From the IMG/VR virus record IMGVR_UViG_3300029305_002471, positions 7,669-71,668 of that record: a stretch of DNA of 64,000 nucleotides; one strand, written 5' to 3'. The notes beneath the pieces are model-generated. The model made no database searches. It worked only from the letters and a program-made list of their open reading frames with translations, and was not told where the DNA came from. Shown piece by piece: positions 11,821 to 24,400 of this stretch (position 1 is its first letter; each line of letters starts with the position of its first letter). The stretch comes from a virus. Its lineage: Duplodnaviria > Caudoviricetes. Both the position numbers and the translations under genes were made by a program.

Positions 11821-11858
11821 GGGGAGAAGGGGAATTCCCCTTCTCCCCATTATTTATT
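11821..11858 (+). terminator. Hairpin/terminator after MCP
   Basis: GGGGAGAAGGGG-AATT-CCCCTTCTCCCC perfect 12-bp stem, weak U-tract. Confidence 0.65.
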
Positions 11859-11881
11859 TGGAGTAAAAGGAGAAAATATTT

Positions 11882-12436
11882 ATGGATATGAAAAAAATTA
11901 TGAGTGTTACGAATAGAAGTGCTGGTAGAGTAGTTTATATGATTCCAGAGCATAATATTCGTCGAGAGTTTGCAGTAGGTGAAACTAAAAAAATTACTTA
12001 CGAAGAATTGGTTTGGTTATCTTATCAGCCCGGCGGACGCATCCTAATGCAGAACATGCTGCTGATTAAAGACACTGAAGCAATTAAGGATTTAAATATT
12101 TAGGATGAACCAGAATATTATATGTCTGAAGCAGATATTATTGATATGCTTTTAAATGGTAGTTTAGACTAGCTGTTGGATGCGCTTGATTTTGCTCCCA
12201 AGGGAGTTATTGATATTATTAAAGAAAAGGCTGTGACTCTGCCTTTACAAGATATGAGTAAGCGCGAAGCTATTCAAAAAGTCACTGGTTTTAATGTAAC
12301 TGCTGCTATTGAAAACTCTAAGCCCGATGAAGAAGACGAAAAGGTGGAAGCTCCTGCGGCTACTCGCCGGGTCCGCACTAATACGGAAACCCCTGAAGCA
12401 CCTACTCGTCGCTACGTAGTGGTTAATAAGGAATAA
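11882..12436 (+). CDS. Hypothetical head-associated protein (184 aa)
   Basis: Pieces 11882-12103 and 12176-12436 in frame across TAGs. Confidence 0.75.
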
Positions 12437-12453
12437 TGTAAGGAGGAGCGATT

Positions 12454-13005
12454 ATGGGAACAACTTTTGCTGAAGTATATAATCGCTTTCTCGGAAAAAT
12501 TACTGACGATATGTATATGGAATTAACTCCATAGGACACAATTAAGGACTTACGAAACCTCATACTCAATGCTTTGCCTGGCTTTGAATTTCCTCGTAAG
12601 GTCTTAACTGATTTTAATATCAATATTGAAACAAAATCCGCCTCTGACATAGGAGAAGCGGATTTTGTAATAAGTACTGATAGTACAGGAAACGCGCAAA
12701 TTGACTCATCTTCTTTCAATGAAACTCTTACTAGTGAAGAAATCAATATTATCGCTATTCTTATGATGGAAGGATGGCTGCAACGTCAAGTGACTTCTAT
12801 TGAAAATACTAGAATGAAATATAGCGGTTCTGATTTTAAATTTACTTCTCAAGCTAATCATTTAGCTAAATTGCTAACCTTATTAAAGGAAGTGCAAAGA
12901 CAGTCGCATCATATGCAGCGTTTGTATAAACGTCGCCGCCATTCTGAATCTGGCCATTATGAATCTAACTGGTCTGTTTTGAGGGATATTAGTGCTATTG
13001 ACTAA
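12454..13005 (+). CDS. Probable head-tail adaptor (183 aa)
   Basis: ATG 12454 with AGGAGG RBS, in frame with 12574 across a TAG; position after MCP. Confidence 0.55.
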
Positions 13006-13300
13006 GTATGGTATTGCTGAAGTCACTGATATTTAGTCTAATGTTATGCGATTGACTAATTAGCTATGGAAGTTAATTCCTATGAGAGAAAATAAAGAAG
13101 ATTGGAAGAAACAATTAGATACTGTGATTCTAGAGATTACTGGAATGAATGAGGTTTTTGTAATCAATGGAACATTAGCATCTTTATTGAGTAAATTAGA
13201 AGGACTAAAGATATTAGACACTAATTTTGAATTATACAGAAAAACAGTGTTTGAATCTATTAGTCTACTACAGGAGTTCGGTCGTGGCTTTACCGAATGA
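12992..13300 (+). CDS. Small hypothetical neck-region protein (102 aa)
   Basis: GTG start, in frame with 13082 across two TAGs; TGA stop. Confidence 0.55.
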
Positions 13301-14315
13301 ATCTTTAATGAAAGCGCGTTTAGGTGTCTATGAAAAACCCCCATATCATAAACCAGGAGTGGCTGATGATTAGGCCACTAGATTGGAATCTATGGGCGGT
13401 TATCGTTAGCAAGATAGAATGATTCGAGCAAAGCGTCAATCGTTTGACAGAGCTTTATACAATTCATATCAAGCAGCAGAAATATCTCCGGTTGCGTAGC
13501 CCGAAATACGTAACCGCGCACTTATAAATCCTAACGTATTAAAATAGGATTATGATGACAAGATTTTGTCTGTTGGATATGAAAATGATTATAAAACTGG
13601 TGATGTATTTATTTGGCATAGTCGTCAAGGCTTTACTACAGTAGATTCTCACTGGATTATATATTTACAAGATTTAACTGAATTGGCTTATTTTAGAGGC
13701 GATATTCGTAAATGCAATTATTATGTTCGATGGCTAAATGAAAACAAAGAAGAAATGGGGCGCTGGTTTGCAATTCGTGGGCCAGTAGAAACTAATATTA
13801 ATTATATTCAAAAAGAAGGCATTAGTATTGATACTCCAAATCATACTTTAAATATTTTAATGACCAAAGATGAAGAGACTTTAAAATATTTTAAACGCTA
13901 TGCCAAGTTTTATATCTCTAATTCTGATGCTGAAACTAATAAGATTTGTTGGCGTGTAAGCGCCGTAGATACTATTAGTATGCCAGGAGTAATGGAGATT
14001 ACAGCTATTGAATATTATGCTAATGAATCAGAGGATGATGATGGTTTAGTTGGTAGTTTAATTGTAACTCCGGCTGAGCCCAATGGAAGTCAAAATTTGA
14101 TAAAGGGTGAGACATACATTAAGCCTAAAAAAGTTTACGAATTTATCTATGAAGGAGAAGAAGAGGCTGAGTGGATAGTAGATACTAAAGTTCCGCTTAA
14201 CGCAACTCCCAACGGCCGCCAGATTTCTATCTCCTGGCCCAAGACTTATAGCGGCGAATTTACTTTGCGTTATGGGTCTACTTCTAGAAAGGTAATTGTT
14301 GAGTCTTTGTTTTGA
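13284..14315 (+). CDS. Probable head-closure/neck protein (~343 aa)
   Basis: GTG 13284 (AGGAG RBS) in frame with 13566 across TAGs; beta-rich, C-terminal Ig-like segment. Confidence 0.55.
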
Positions 14316-14333
14316 GATAAAGGAGATTAAAAT

Positions 14334-14918
14334 ATGAAAATTGTGAATTATGAATTTCCCAAGTCAAGTTTTTTGGCTATGGAAAAAGATTTACAACTTA
14401 TCACGGATTTGATGTTTAAAAATAAGCGTTTAAAAAAGCTTTTATTTCATAATGTTCCAGATGCTTTAAAGCAACGTGAACTTACTGAAGAGGAGACTTA
14501 CGCTTTATTTGGTAAAAATATTAAAATTGTTCCAAAGCTTTATATTGATGGTACTGTTTTAAATTATATTATCATTAGCTTTGATAATTTTACTCCTAAT
14601 GCTACAAATCCGGAGTTTAGAGATAATGTTATTTCTTTTGATATTATTTGCCATTTTGACCAATGGCAACTGTAGGATTTTGAACTGCGGCCCTATAGAA
14701 TTGCGGCTGAAATTGATTCTATGATAAACGATAAGCACTTAACAGGCATTGGAACCTTACAATTTTTAGGCGCTAACCAAATTATTCTTAATGATGAATT
14801 TGCTGGAGTGTCTTTGATGTATAGTGCTATCCAGGGGGAAGAGGATAAGAAGAAGATGCCTAATCCTGCTAATGAAGAATAGTTTATCAAAGATTTTAAT
14901 GAGATGTTTAATCAATAA
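14334..14918 (+). CDS. Probable tail terminator/completion protein (194 aa)
   Basis: Extends through TAG 14673 to TAA 14918; position in neck/tail module. Confidence 0.5.
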
Positions 14919-15643
14919 TGGATTATCGCTTAGCTTTGATGGCTGGAATTGATATTCCAATTCCAGAGTGTTAGTTGATACTTCATTAGCCTACTATCAA
15001 AGAGATAGCTTATATAGGGGAGACAAATTTTTTTACAGGAGTTTAGTGTCTATGCCTACAAAAAAGTATGGTAATTTAGGACGAAAGACTTCTATCAACT
15101 ACCTCAAATTTTCAAATATTTATGACGATAGTGAATGAGAAATAGACAGCTGATAAAAAGTCTGATGTTATCTCTGTACTTACTGTTTTATTTCCTTCGT
15201 ATAAAGTAATTTTTACTCCTCGGTCAATTATGTTTAATAATGAGTCCGGAAATTTCATGGTAGATGAAGGAAATTTTGAAAGTTTACAATAGGTTTTATC
15301 AGAGATTTTTTGCTTGCGCAATTCGGATTAGGCAAGTTTTAATCCGGCGAATAAAAAAGCAAAAGAAATTGCTGATAAACTTATGAAAGCGAGACAAAAA
15401 GTGGCGCAGTAGAAAGCCGCCGAAGGTGGTGAGGGCAGCGCTCTCGCGCAGTATGTTTCCACTTTGACTATTGGCTTAAATTCGATGTCACTAGACGAAT
15501 GTCTAGGACTAACGATGTATTAGCTATATGATTTGATGGAAAGATATTCACTTTATATAAACTGGGATATCGATTTGCGGTCGCGTCTTGCGGGCGCCAA
15601 ACCCGATAAGCCTGTTGAAAATTGGATGAAAAATATCCATTAA
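14918..15643 (+). CDS. Hypothetical tail-module protein (241 aa), chaperone-like; missed entirely by the ORF track
   Basis: TAATG coupling to the upstream gene; open frame containing only TAG stops to TAA 15643. Confidence 0.7.
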
Positions 15644-15667
15644 AAATAATTAAGGAGGAAAAAACTT

Positions 15668-16621
15668 ATGAAATATGGTATTCGCGAAATTTGCGATGTC
15701 GTTTTAAGAGCTAAGGCTCGTATGAAGGTTGGTAATAAAGTCTTCTATAAGGATGAGCCTGTTATCTATTTTGATAGCTTAAAGACCTCTAGTATGGAAG
15801 GTGCAGCTACCACTGTTTATGCTACTGGTGGCCGTGGTAACTCTCGTCTAATCGCTTGGGAAGGTGAAAGAACAGTTACTTGGACCATGGAAGATGCTCT
15901 AATTTCCAAGGTTGGCTTAGCTATTTTAACTGGTGCTGATGTTATTGATGCTACTAAAGAGGCTCCCATTACAGTTCATACTACTGAGATTGTTAAGAAA
16001 GAAAATGATAAATTTACTTTATCTGAAACTCCTTCTACCAAGGCTTCTGTGTATGCTATGGTTTTAGACAATAATGGTAATCCTATTTCTGAACCTTACA
16101 TTTGTAAGAGTCAAAAGGAATTGGCTTTAGATACCACTGCAACATATACAACTACTACACTACCTACTGATGCAGAAGTAATGTTAGTAGATTATTATGT
16201 AGATAGAACAGGTGGTTCTCAGATTGAAATTACTCCTGATAAGTTCGGTGGTAACTTCTATCTTGAGGCTTCTACTTTGTTCCGTGATACTAATGGTCAG
16301 GACCTGCCTGCTGAGTTCATTATTCCTAATTGTAAGGTACAGTCTAACTTTACCTTCTCAATGGCTTCTAGCGGTGACCCCTCTACCTTTACTTTCACAA
16401 TGGATGCTTTCCCTGGTTATACTCGTTTTAACCCTGAAAAGAAGGTTCTATCTGTAATTCAGATTATTGATGAAGAGGCTGGCGCTGAGTATACTCGTCG
16501 TGAGACTCCTGTTAATTACGCAGGACCTAAGTCTGAGGACGATACTTACTATGAAAAGGGCGAAGAAGCCGGTAACGACGATGACTATCTCGCAGATGAT
16601 AGCACTGTTGTAACTGATTAA
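15668..16621 (+). CDS. Major tail tube protein (317 aa, no TAG)
   Basis: Beta-rich, strong RBS, followed by a terminator, upstream of the tape measure. Confidence 0.7.
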   Translation: MKYGIREICDVVLRAKARMKVGNKVFYKDEPVIYFDSLKTSSMEGAATTVYATGGRGNSRLIAWEGERTVTWTMEDALISKVGLAILTGADVIDATKEAPITVHTTEIVKKENDKFTLSETPSTKASVYAMVLDNNGNPISEPYICKSQKELALDTTATYTTTTLPTDAEVMLVDYYVDRTGGSQIEITPDKFGGNFYLEASTLFRDTNGQDLPAEFIIPNCKVQSNFTFSMASSGDPSTFTFTMDAFPGYTRFNPEKKVLSVIQIIDEEAGAEYTRRETPVNYAGPKSEDDTYYEKGEEAGNDDDYLADDSTVVTD

Positions 16622-16628
16622 TTAATTT

Positions 16629-16665
16629 AAAAAAAGAGGAAGAGAATATCTCTTCCTCTTTTTTT
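16629..16665. terminator. Bidirectional intrinsic terminator
   Basis: AAAAAAAGAGGAAGAGA-ATA-TCTCTTCCTCTTTTTTT. Confidence 0.85.
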
Positions 16666-16704
16666 GTTTTTATTTTGAATTTGAGAGAAAGGAGAGATAT
16701 TTTT

Positions 16705-17754
16705 ATGACAGATGCACAAATTCGTAAACAAATAGATACTAAAATACATGATGCAGTTATGAATAAATATGTAAAAGAAAAAAAGGCCAATGCGGATAGA
16801 GCGCGGGCAGTGCGTTTAGAGAAATACTTTAATTATATTACAAGATATGTACATGCTTTAAAAACTGGTTAGGCAAAAAAACGTGGATATTTTTAGTCTA
16901 GCGCAGAACTAAAATTTATAAAGGAATTAAATCAAAAAGGAGTTCCTTTTATGGAGCTATTTAATTATTCTCTTAATACTAATTAGTTTAGCTAGGATGG
17001 TTTTTAGTTTGAAACAGATTTAAATAAAATACTTAATTCAATAGTACCGGGTATGGCTTAGAAAATAGGCGGAGATAAGGTTTATTCAAATGTAAATTTT
17101 TTATATCAAGATATCAAAAATATTCCTTTAAGAGCATTGGATTACTTAAGTGAAGATTTAAATAAATGGATAAAATATAATTATTAGCATTAGGTTCATG
17201 TTTCTAATAATAGTATAGTTCGATAGGCCGGAGTTTTTGGTAAAATTGATTTGAAAATACCAAAAAGCACAATTTCCCTAGAATATGCTACAACGAATGA
17301 AGTTCAAGAGTTTTTATCTTTACTTCAAGGTTCAAATATTACTGCAAAAAACTATACAAATATGAATTCTATACACTTGGGTTCAACCAAATATTTTCGT
17401 GTGGTTTCATCAATTATGGAAGATATTGGCATGGCTAATTCTACTCCAAGTATTTTGGATGTTTATTATAAAACCTATAGGGCTAGAGTTAATTCAAAAA
17501 CAAAACCTCAGATGTACCCTCATAAAGTTCATATGCGTTTTGCTTATGAACTATTAGGTGCTGGTCAATATTATGACATAAATGGTCAATTATAGTCTTT
17601 GGGTACTACTGATTTATTAATTGTATATAATAAATCTACTTAGCAAATTAAAGTAAAAAGTACTTATGACATTGCTCGATAGATTTTGAGAAAAGAGCAT
17701 TATGGTTCTAGTATGGGTAAATCTAGTTCTATTAATCTTAATAATCTTGATTAA
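16705..17754 (+). CDS. Hypothetical AT-rich protein (349 aa, about 12 TAG)
   Basis: Pieces 16675-16872 and 17251-17595 in one frame; AAAGGAG RBS; TAA stop. Confidence 0.7.
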
Positions 17755-17757
17755 ATC

Positions 17758-17786
17758 TTGACAATTCTAAAATTTTTTGATATAAT
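17758..17786 (+). promoter_or_regulatory. Perfect sigma-A promoter inside the tail module
   Basis: TTGACA-17-TATAAT. Confidence 0.8.
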
Positions 17787-17838
17787 AAAATAAAAACGAG
17801 CTTAAAAGTTCGTAAATTGAGATAAAGGAGAAATAATT

Positions 17839-18378
17839 ATGGCAAAAATTAGTTTTAATAAGCTTGGTTTAAAGATTAATCAGGCTACAAAAACAGTTCA
17901 ATATAAAGAAGATTTTGCTATTGAAATTAAGCAATATCTTCCAGTAAATGAAAAATTAAAAATGATGGGTGAAATTTTAGAGTATACAATGGATTAGAAT
18001 AATTTTGCTAATCCAGTTAAACAAAAAGTATTCACCACAATTTCAGTAATTGAATATTATACTAATATTACTTTTACTGATAAGCAAAAGGAAGACCCTA
18101 CAAAGTTATATGATGCGATTAATAGTAGTGATTTATTTGAGGTAATTTCATCTAATATTCCAGAAGCAGAATTATAGGAGTTACAGAATGGAATTGATGG
18201 TATTATTATTGCTTATTACCAATATACTAATTCTATTCTTGGAGTTTTAGAAAATATTAAGCAGAACTACAACTCTAAAGAACTGGATATTTCTGAATTA
18301 TTGAGTCAAATAAATGACCCTTAGGCTTTTGAAACACTTAAACAAATTGCACCGGCTATGGTTGGACTAAATAACTAA
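17839..18378 (+). CDS. Hypothetical protein before the tape measure (179 aa), possible tail assembly chaperone; missed by the ORF track
   Basis: AAAGGAG RBS; open with TAG=Q to TAA 18378. Confidence 0.7.
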
Positions 18379-18409
18379 ATTTTATATAGTGAATTTTCAA
18401 AATAATTGA
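18363..18409 (+). promoter_or_regulatory. Tripartite motif, copy D (upstream of the tape measure)
   Basis: TGGACTA-N8-AAT-N13-TTTTCA-AAATAAT. Confidence 0.6.
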
Positions 18410-18420
18410 GAATAACAGTG

Positions 18421-18452
18421 GTCCCTGAGATTTTATTCTCAGGGACTTTTTT
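18421..18452 (+). terminator. Intrinsic terminator/attenuator upstream of the tape measure
   Basis: GTCCCTGAGA-TTTTAT-TCTCAGGGAC-TTTTTT. Confidence 0.8.
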
Positions 18453-18488
18453 GTTTTATATGATTAAGGAGAAAGGAGTAAATATATT

Positions 18489-21400
18489 ATGGGTAATCAA
18501 TCAATTAGAGTAAATCTAATGTTTGACGCTAATGTTGCGGCAGCTAAAAATAATATCTAGCAATTGGCTACTTTATTACAATAGATTGCGACACCAAAAA
18601 CAGTTACAGTTAATGGTGGCGCTATTTAGTAGGCCGCATAGGCTGCGCAGACCCTGTAGATGCATCTGTAGAACGCAATGAATGTCAATACAGGAAAATT
18701 AGATTTAACTAAATTAAACTTTAGTTTGAAACAAGCTGGATTATCTCTTAATGATTTAAGTTCAAAACTTGTAGCTTCTGGTACTCAAGGATAGCAGGCT
18801 TTTACTAAGCTGGCCAATGCAATTGCATAGGCAGGTGTACCTGCTGCATAGCTAAATGCTACTATAGCACAGTTCTTAAAAACCATGGGTTCCGCTATGA
18901 TGTGGAGTGCAGCTTATGGCGCACTAGAAGGCGTTACTAGTACTATTAGAGAAGCCGTAGATTATGCCAAAGATTTAAATAAGGCTTTAAATGATATTGC
19001 TATTGTTTCAGATTTATCTGCTTCTTAGCTAGAAGATTTTGCTGTTAAAGCAGCAAAAGCTGCCAAGACTTTAAATACTACTACTACAGAGTATGCAAAA
19101 GCGGCTTTAATTTTCTATCAATAGGGTTTAAGCGGTAAAGAAGTAGAGGAGCGTGCAAATGTTGTTACTAAGTTAGCGCAAGTAACAGGAGAAAGTGCAC
19201 AGGAAGTTTCTGACCAGCTAACTGCAATTTGGAATAACTTTGATGATGGTTCCAAGAGTCTAGAATATTACGCAGATGCGTTGACTGCTCTAGGTGCAGC
19301 AACTGCGGCAAGTACCGATGAAATTACTTAGGGCTTAGAAAAGTTTGCCGCCGTTTCTGAAACCGTAGGTTTGTCCTATGAATATGCTACAGCCGCATTA
19401 GCAACTGTTGTAGATAAGACTCGTTAGAGTGCAGATATCGTAGGTACCGCATTTAAAACTTTATTTGCTCGTATTGGCGACTTGGAGCTAGGAGAGACGC
19501 TCGATGATGGTGTTACTCTTGGTAAGTATTCCGAAGCCCTTAACGCTGTTGGAGTTAATATTTTAACTCAAAGCGGAGAGTTAAAGGATATGGATAATAT
19601 CCTTGACGAACTCGGTAGTAAGTGGAATAATATTAGTAAAGCGCAGTAGACTGCATTGGCATAGACTGTTGCTGGTACTAGACAATATACGCAATTTATT
19701 GCCATTATGGATAACTACAAAGATTTTAAACTTAATGTAGATATTGCGTCTGGTGCAGAAGGAACACTTACCGAGCAGTGGGAGACTTGGGCGGATAGTT
19801 ATGAAGCAGCTGCCAAAAGAGTAGAACAAAGAAAAAATGAACTATATGAGGCCTTATTAGATGACGATTTTGTAATTGGTTTAACTGATACTTTTGCAGG
19901 ATTGATTGGCACTATCGGAGAAGCTGCTGATGCTATGGGTGGCCTTGGACCTATTATATTAACAATTATTGGATTATTTGCCAATAGACTAATTCCTGTA
20001 ATTTCTAATGCGGCTACTCATTTTGTATAGAATTGGCGAGTTATGAGCGGCGCTGCACAGCGGGAAAGCTTAGCTACTAAAGAATCGATTCGTCAGCTTT
20101 CTGAAGAAATGATTCAACAAAAAATTATTACTGGAGCTTAGGCTGAAGCTTTATAGTTAACAAATTAGTTATCTTTAGCAAAAGAAAAATTAGCTAAAAC
20201 TTCTCGCTATTTAACAGAGGCTCAGAAAGCTGAGTATGAATAGAAAATGAATTTATATGAAGCTGGTAATTTGGAATTATAGAAATCTATAGAACTAGCT
20301 GAATAGAAATAGAAAGAACTAATGGTAGCAAAAAAATCTTTTTCTGTTGTGAATAAGGATAGAATTAATAATGCCAATTAGAATAAAATAACAGAATTAA
20401 AAAAAGTTGTTGGAAATAAAGAAAATATTAAGGCTAGAAATGCGGAAATTCAAAGCATACAAAATAAAATTGATAAAGACCCTAATAATAATAAGGGCGG
20501 TCGATTAACCAAATATAACAATCGCTTAGCAGAATTAAAAAAAGAACAAGAGGCAGAAATTTAGCTATAGAGAATTAGAGCATCAACCAAAAAAGGAATA
20601 TCCGAACGTATTATAGGTACTTCTTAGTTAATTACTCCAGAGGCGGATGTAGAGGATAAATAGGCTGCTAATTATAGCGATAGATACTTAAATAATTTTT
20701 TACAACAAGATTTAGGAATGTCTGAACTCTCCGATGCTGCAGTTAGCTAGGGGTCCGTACAGGTAGACACAAGCATCGAAAATCTAGAAAAAGTTATTTA
20801 GAAAACCAAAGAAGTAAAAACCACGGGAGAAAATATTGATTAGTTTGTTATTGAGCTAGGAAACTCCTTAGAAAAAATAACTCCTGATAATGTAGACACC
20901 CTTAAGACGAGTTTTGAAAAGTTAGGACAAAATGCTGGATTAACTCAAGATGAAATAACAGAATTTAACACTTCTTTGGACAAATTGGCAAACGGCACAA
21001 AATTGCCAGAGGCCGATATGAATAAATTACACACTACTTTAAGGGGTATGCGTGATGGTGCTGAGCGCTCAGGGCTATAGCTAGAGGAATTGGCAGGGTA
21101 GATGGCAGAAACTTTTATACAAAGTGGTATAGGAGAAGAATAGTTATAGGACTTAATCAATAAAATGGATTTGACCGCGGAAGAGGCAGAATAGTTAAAA
21201 CAAAAAATAGCTGCCCTACAAAAACAATCAGAAGATTTAAATATTACCCCTAAAATGACCAAAGGATAGGCTTTTGGCTCTTTGATTGGTCAAGTGGGTC
21301 AACTTGCTGGAAGCATTTCTATGGTGGTAGGTGCTGTTTAGATGTTTAATACTGTTTTTGATGAAACTGCTGACCCAATGACTAGATTTACAACTGCTTT

Positions 21401-24400
21401 AAGTGCAATAGGTATGTTATTACCAGCTATAAACATGTTAATGAATGAAAATACTATAGCTACCACTAAAAACGCAGTTGCTAGTTTGTTTGGATTAGGA
21501 GTAATTGAAAAAGAAGGGAAAAAGACATACGCTTTAGCTACGGCCAAAGGGGTTGAAACTACCGCAACATTGTTATAGACACTCGCATAGACCGCCTTAA
21601 ATGGCTCAATAGGCGCCACTCTTGGCCTAATGTTAATTTTTATTAGTGTTATAGGTATACTTGTAGGAGTTGTATTATTCGCTATTGACGCCTATAAACG
21701 TTATAATGAATCTTTACGGGCAGAAGAAATTGCTTTGGAAAGCGCAACAGACGCCTTAAATAACTAGAAAGAGGCTGTTGAGAGTTTAACTTCTGCATAT
21801 GACGAATTAAAAGATTCAATGTCTGACCTTAATGAATAGCAAGCTGCAATAGATGCTATGATTGAGGGGACTCAAGAATGGGAAGAGGCCGTCGAAAAAG
21901 TTAATCTATAGATAATGGATTTAATGGCTCGTTATCCGCAATTAGCTGAAGGCAATTTTGTTATTACTGATTCTAATGGTAGGATGTCACTTACTAAAGA
22001 AGGCCAAGATGTTATTCTTTAGGCGGAATATAGAGAGCTACAACGTGCTTAGCGAATATAGATGCAAAGACAAATGTCTGTAAATACGGCTTAGCAAGCA
22101 ATGAATATCAAAACAGCAAATAAAAATATTGATGTTTTTGGAGATTCGGTTGATGGCAAGCGTTCGGCTGAGGCAAATGCAGAAAATGCAGATATTGAAG
22201 ACAATGTGCATGAATTAGCTGAAGCCCTTGCTAATAATGAAAATGCAGTAGTTGATGCAGAAGGAAAAGTGGATTCGTTTAGTGAGCGCGTTGAAGAGTT
22301 ACAAGATTTGTATAACAGCGGAAATTGGGATGAGTATAACACTGGTCTTGATAAATTGGTTGGTAAAAGTATATAGGCCAGAACCGCCGTAGAAGATTTA
22401 ATTGTTTCAAATAATAGATTAGAAAATGCCAACAAAAAATTAGAAGAAGCAATTTTAGGCAATGAATTTTCAGATAACGATATATACGCTTCTTCGAAAT
22501 GGAAGAGTATTATTAACACGATAGCTGCAGAAAACGATGCTAGTGAGATTTTACAGGAAGATATTGATAGGTTTATGGATAATGCTGATAGCACTGACAC
22601 AACAGCAGAGGAATAGTTAAAACAATATTTATCAGTTGTCTTTGGAGAGAATCTCGAGAATATATATAGAGATGGTAATACCATAGTTGGTCAAAATTAT
22701 CGTATTTCGAATTTTGGCGAAGAAACTATGACCATTGAAAAGCGAAGTGACGAAGGTTGGACAACATACGATGATAACGCCACTCGTGGTCAAATGGCAA
22801 GAGAATACGCGCAAGCTTTAGCCATATAGCGAACCGAAGAAAAACTAAAGGATTTTGTGGACGAGGCCGAAGCTATTGGCGAGCAACTTATTTCAGCAGG
22901 CTTTAAACAACGTAAAGATGAAGATTCTGAATCTTTCTATAATCGTTTAAATATTATTGGTCAAGATTTTTACAGTGGTAAAACAATAGACTTATCAGGG
23001 CTAACCCGAGAAGAAGTAAATTAGTTACAAGGAGACCAAAACACTGAATTAGGTAAAGCGATTGAAGAGGCTAAAGTTGGCTATGAGGCAGCTCGTGCGC
23101 AAGCAAATATTTTGGCCAATAGCAAATGGGTAAAAGAAAAAGAAGATAGAGAAGCTGAAGAATTATCTGGAATTTTAAAAACGGCCGGTATGGATAAGAA
23201 TGATTTTGACAATTACGTAAAATCATTTAAACAATATGGAGATGCGGCTGAAAGTATCGCTAAGAAGACCTTAAAAACAAGCAATGCGATAAACTCCTTA
23301 AACAAGATATTTGAAGATAATGAAGAAGCGCTTGCTCCTGCAAACGAGGGCACGGCCGCCTATGCAACAGCCATCGGAGATTTATAGGCCTCTTTAACTG
23401 AATGGCTTGGAGTAGATTTAGATTATGATTATATTACTCAAAATCTAGAAACAGTCAAAAACGCAGCGAATGGCAGTGAAGAAGCAATTAAAGAACTCCA
23501 AATTGCAGCAGCCAGAAAAATAGTTGTAGAAATGGATTTAACTGAAGAAAATGCTAATAAGTTAAATGATTTTATTACAACCATTGAAAATAATAATTCT
23601 ATTACAATTGGTGCCTCTATTGGAGCTGTTGATGATGCTGGATATATTGATAGTCTAAATGAAATGCTTAAAAATGGTGAGATTACAGCTGAAAAAGCGA
23701 CTGCACTATTAAATAGCATTGGCTATGACCCTGATATAGAATATGATACTGTTAAATAGTCAACAAAGTATGATTATATTGTAGATTTACCTGGAACGGA
23801 AGAGGACTACTCAGGCTCTTTTACAGTAACTAAAGATATGCAAGTACCAAAGATTAACGCGAAAGGTACAAAATATACTGGTAATAAAATTACTTAGACT
23901 CCTGCATCTGCAAAAACTTCTAAATCTTCAGGTTCTAGTAAAGAAAAGAAAAACGCTGCTGATGAATCTGAGCGCTATCATGAAATCGAAAAAGAGCTGG
24001 AACGTCTTCAAAGAGAATATGATGCAACCTCTAAGGCTAAAGACCGCGCATTCGGTCAAAAACATCTAGATTATCTAGAGCGCGAAATCGAACTGACCAA
24101 TGAACTTGCTGAAGCAACGCAACAAAAGCTATCTGAAGCCATGACCAACCTAGAGAAAGACCGTGCAGCTATGAACAAATACGGTATGTCTACCGACGAG
24201 TATGGTTAGATTACTAACTATGACGAAATGGTAGCTGCGCAAGTTGCGGCCTATAACAAGAATCCTGAAGGACAGGAAGAGGCTTATTCTCAATTCCAGA
24301 AAGAGCTGCAGCAGTATGAAGATACTCTAGCACTAGTTGCAGATTTGAAGCTGGATATTCAAGATTACGAATATTAGAAGATTGACTTAGAGCTATAGAA

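Noticed and set aside
16705-18378. Programmed frameshift producing a tail chaperone G/GT pair
   Set aside because: The two ORFs do not overlap, each has its own RBS, and no convincing slippery heptamer lies near the end of the first.
22091-22684. Long antisense ORFs in the track (also 12423-12746, 26780-27148, 37706-38113, 39982-40386, 59862-60227 and others)
   Set aside because: Shadow frames of real genes, with no RBS or protein-like composition.
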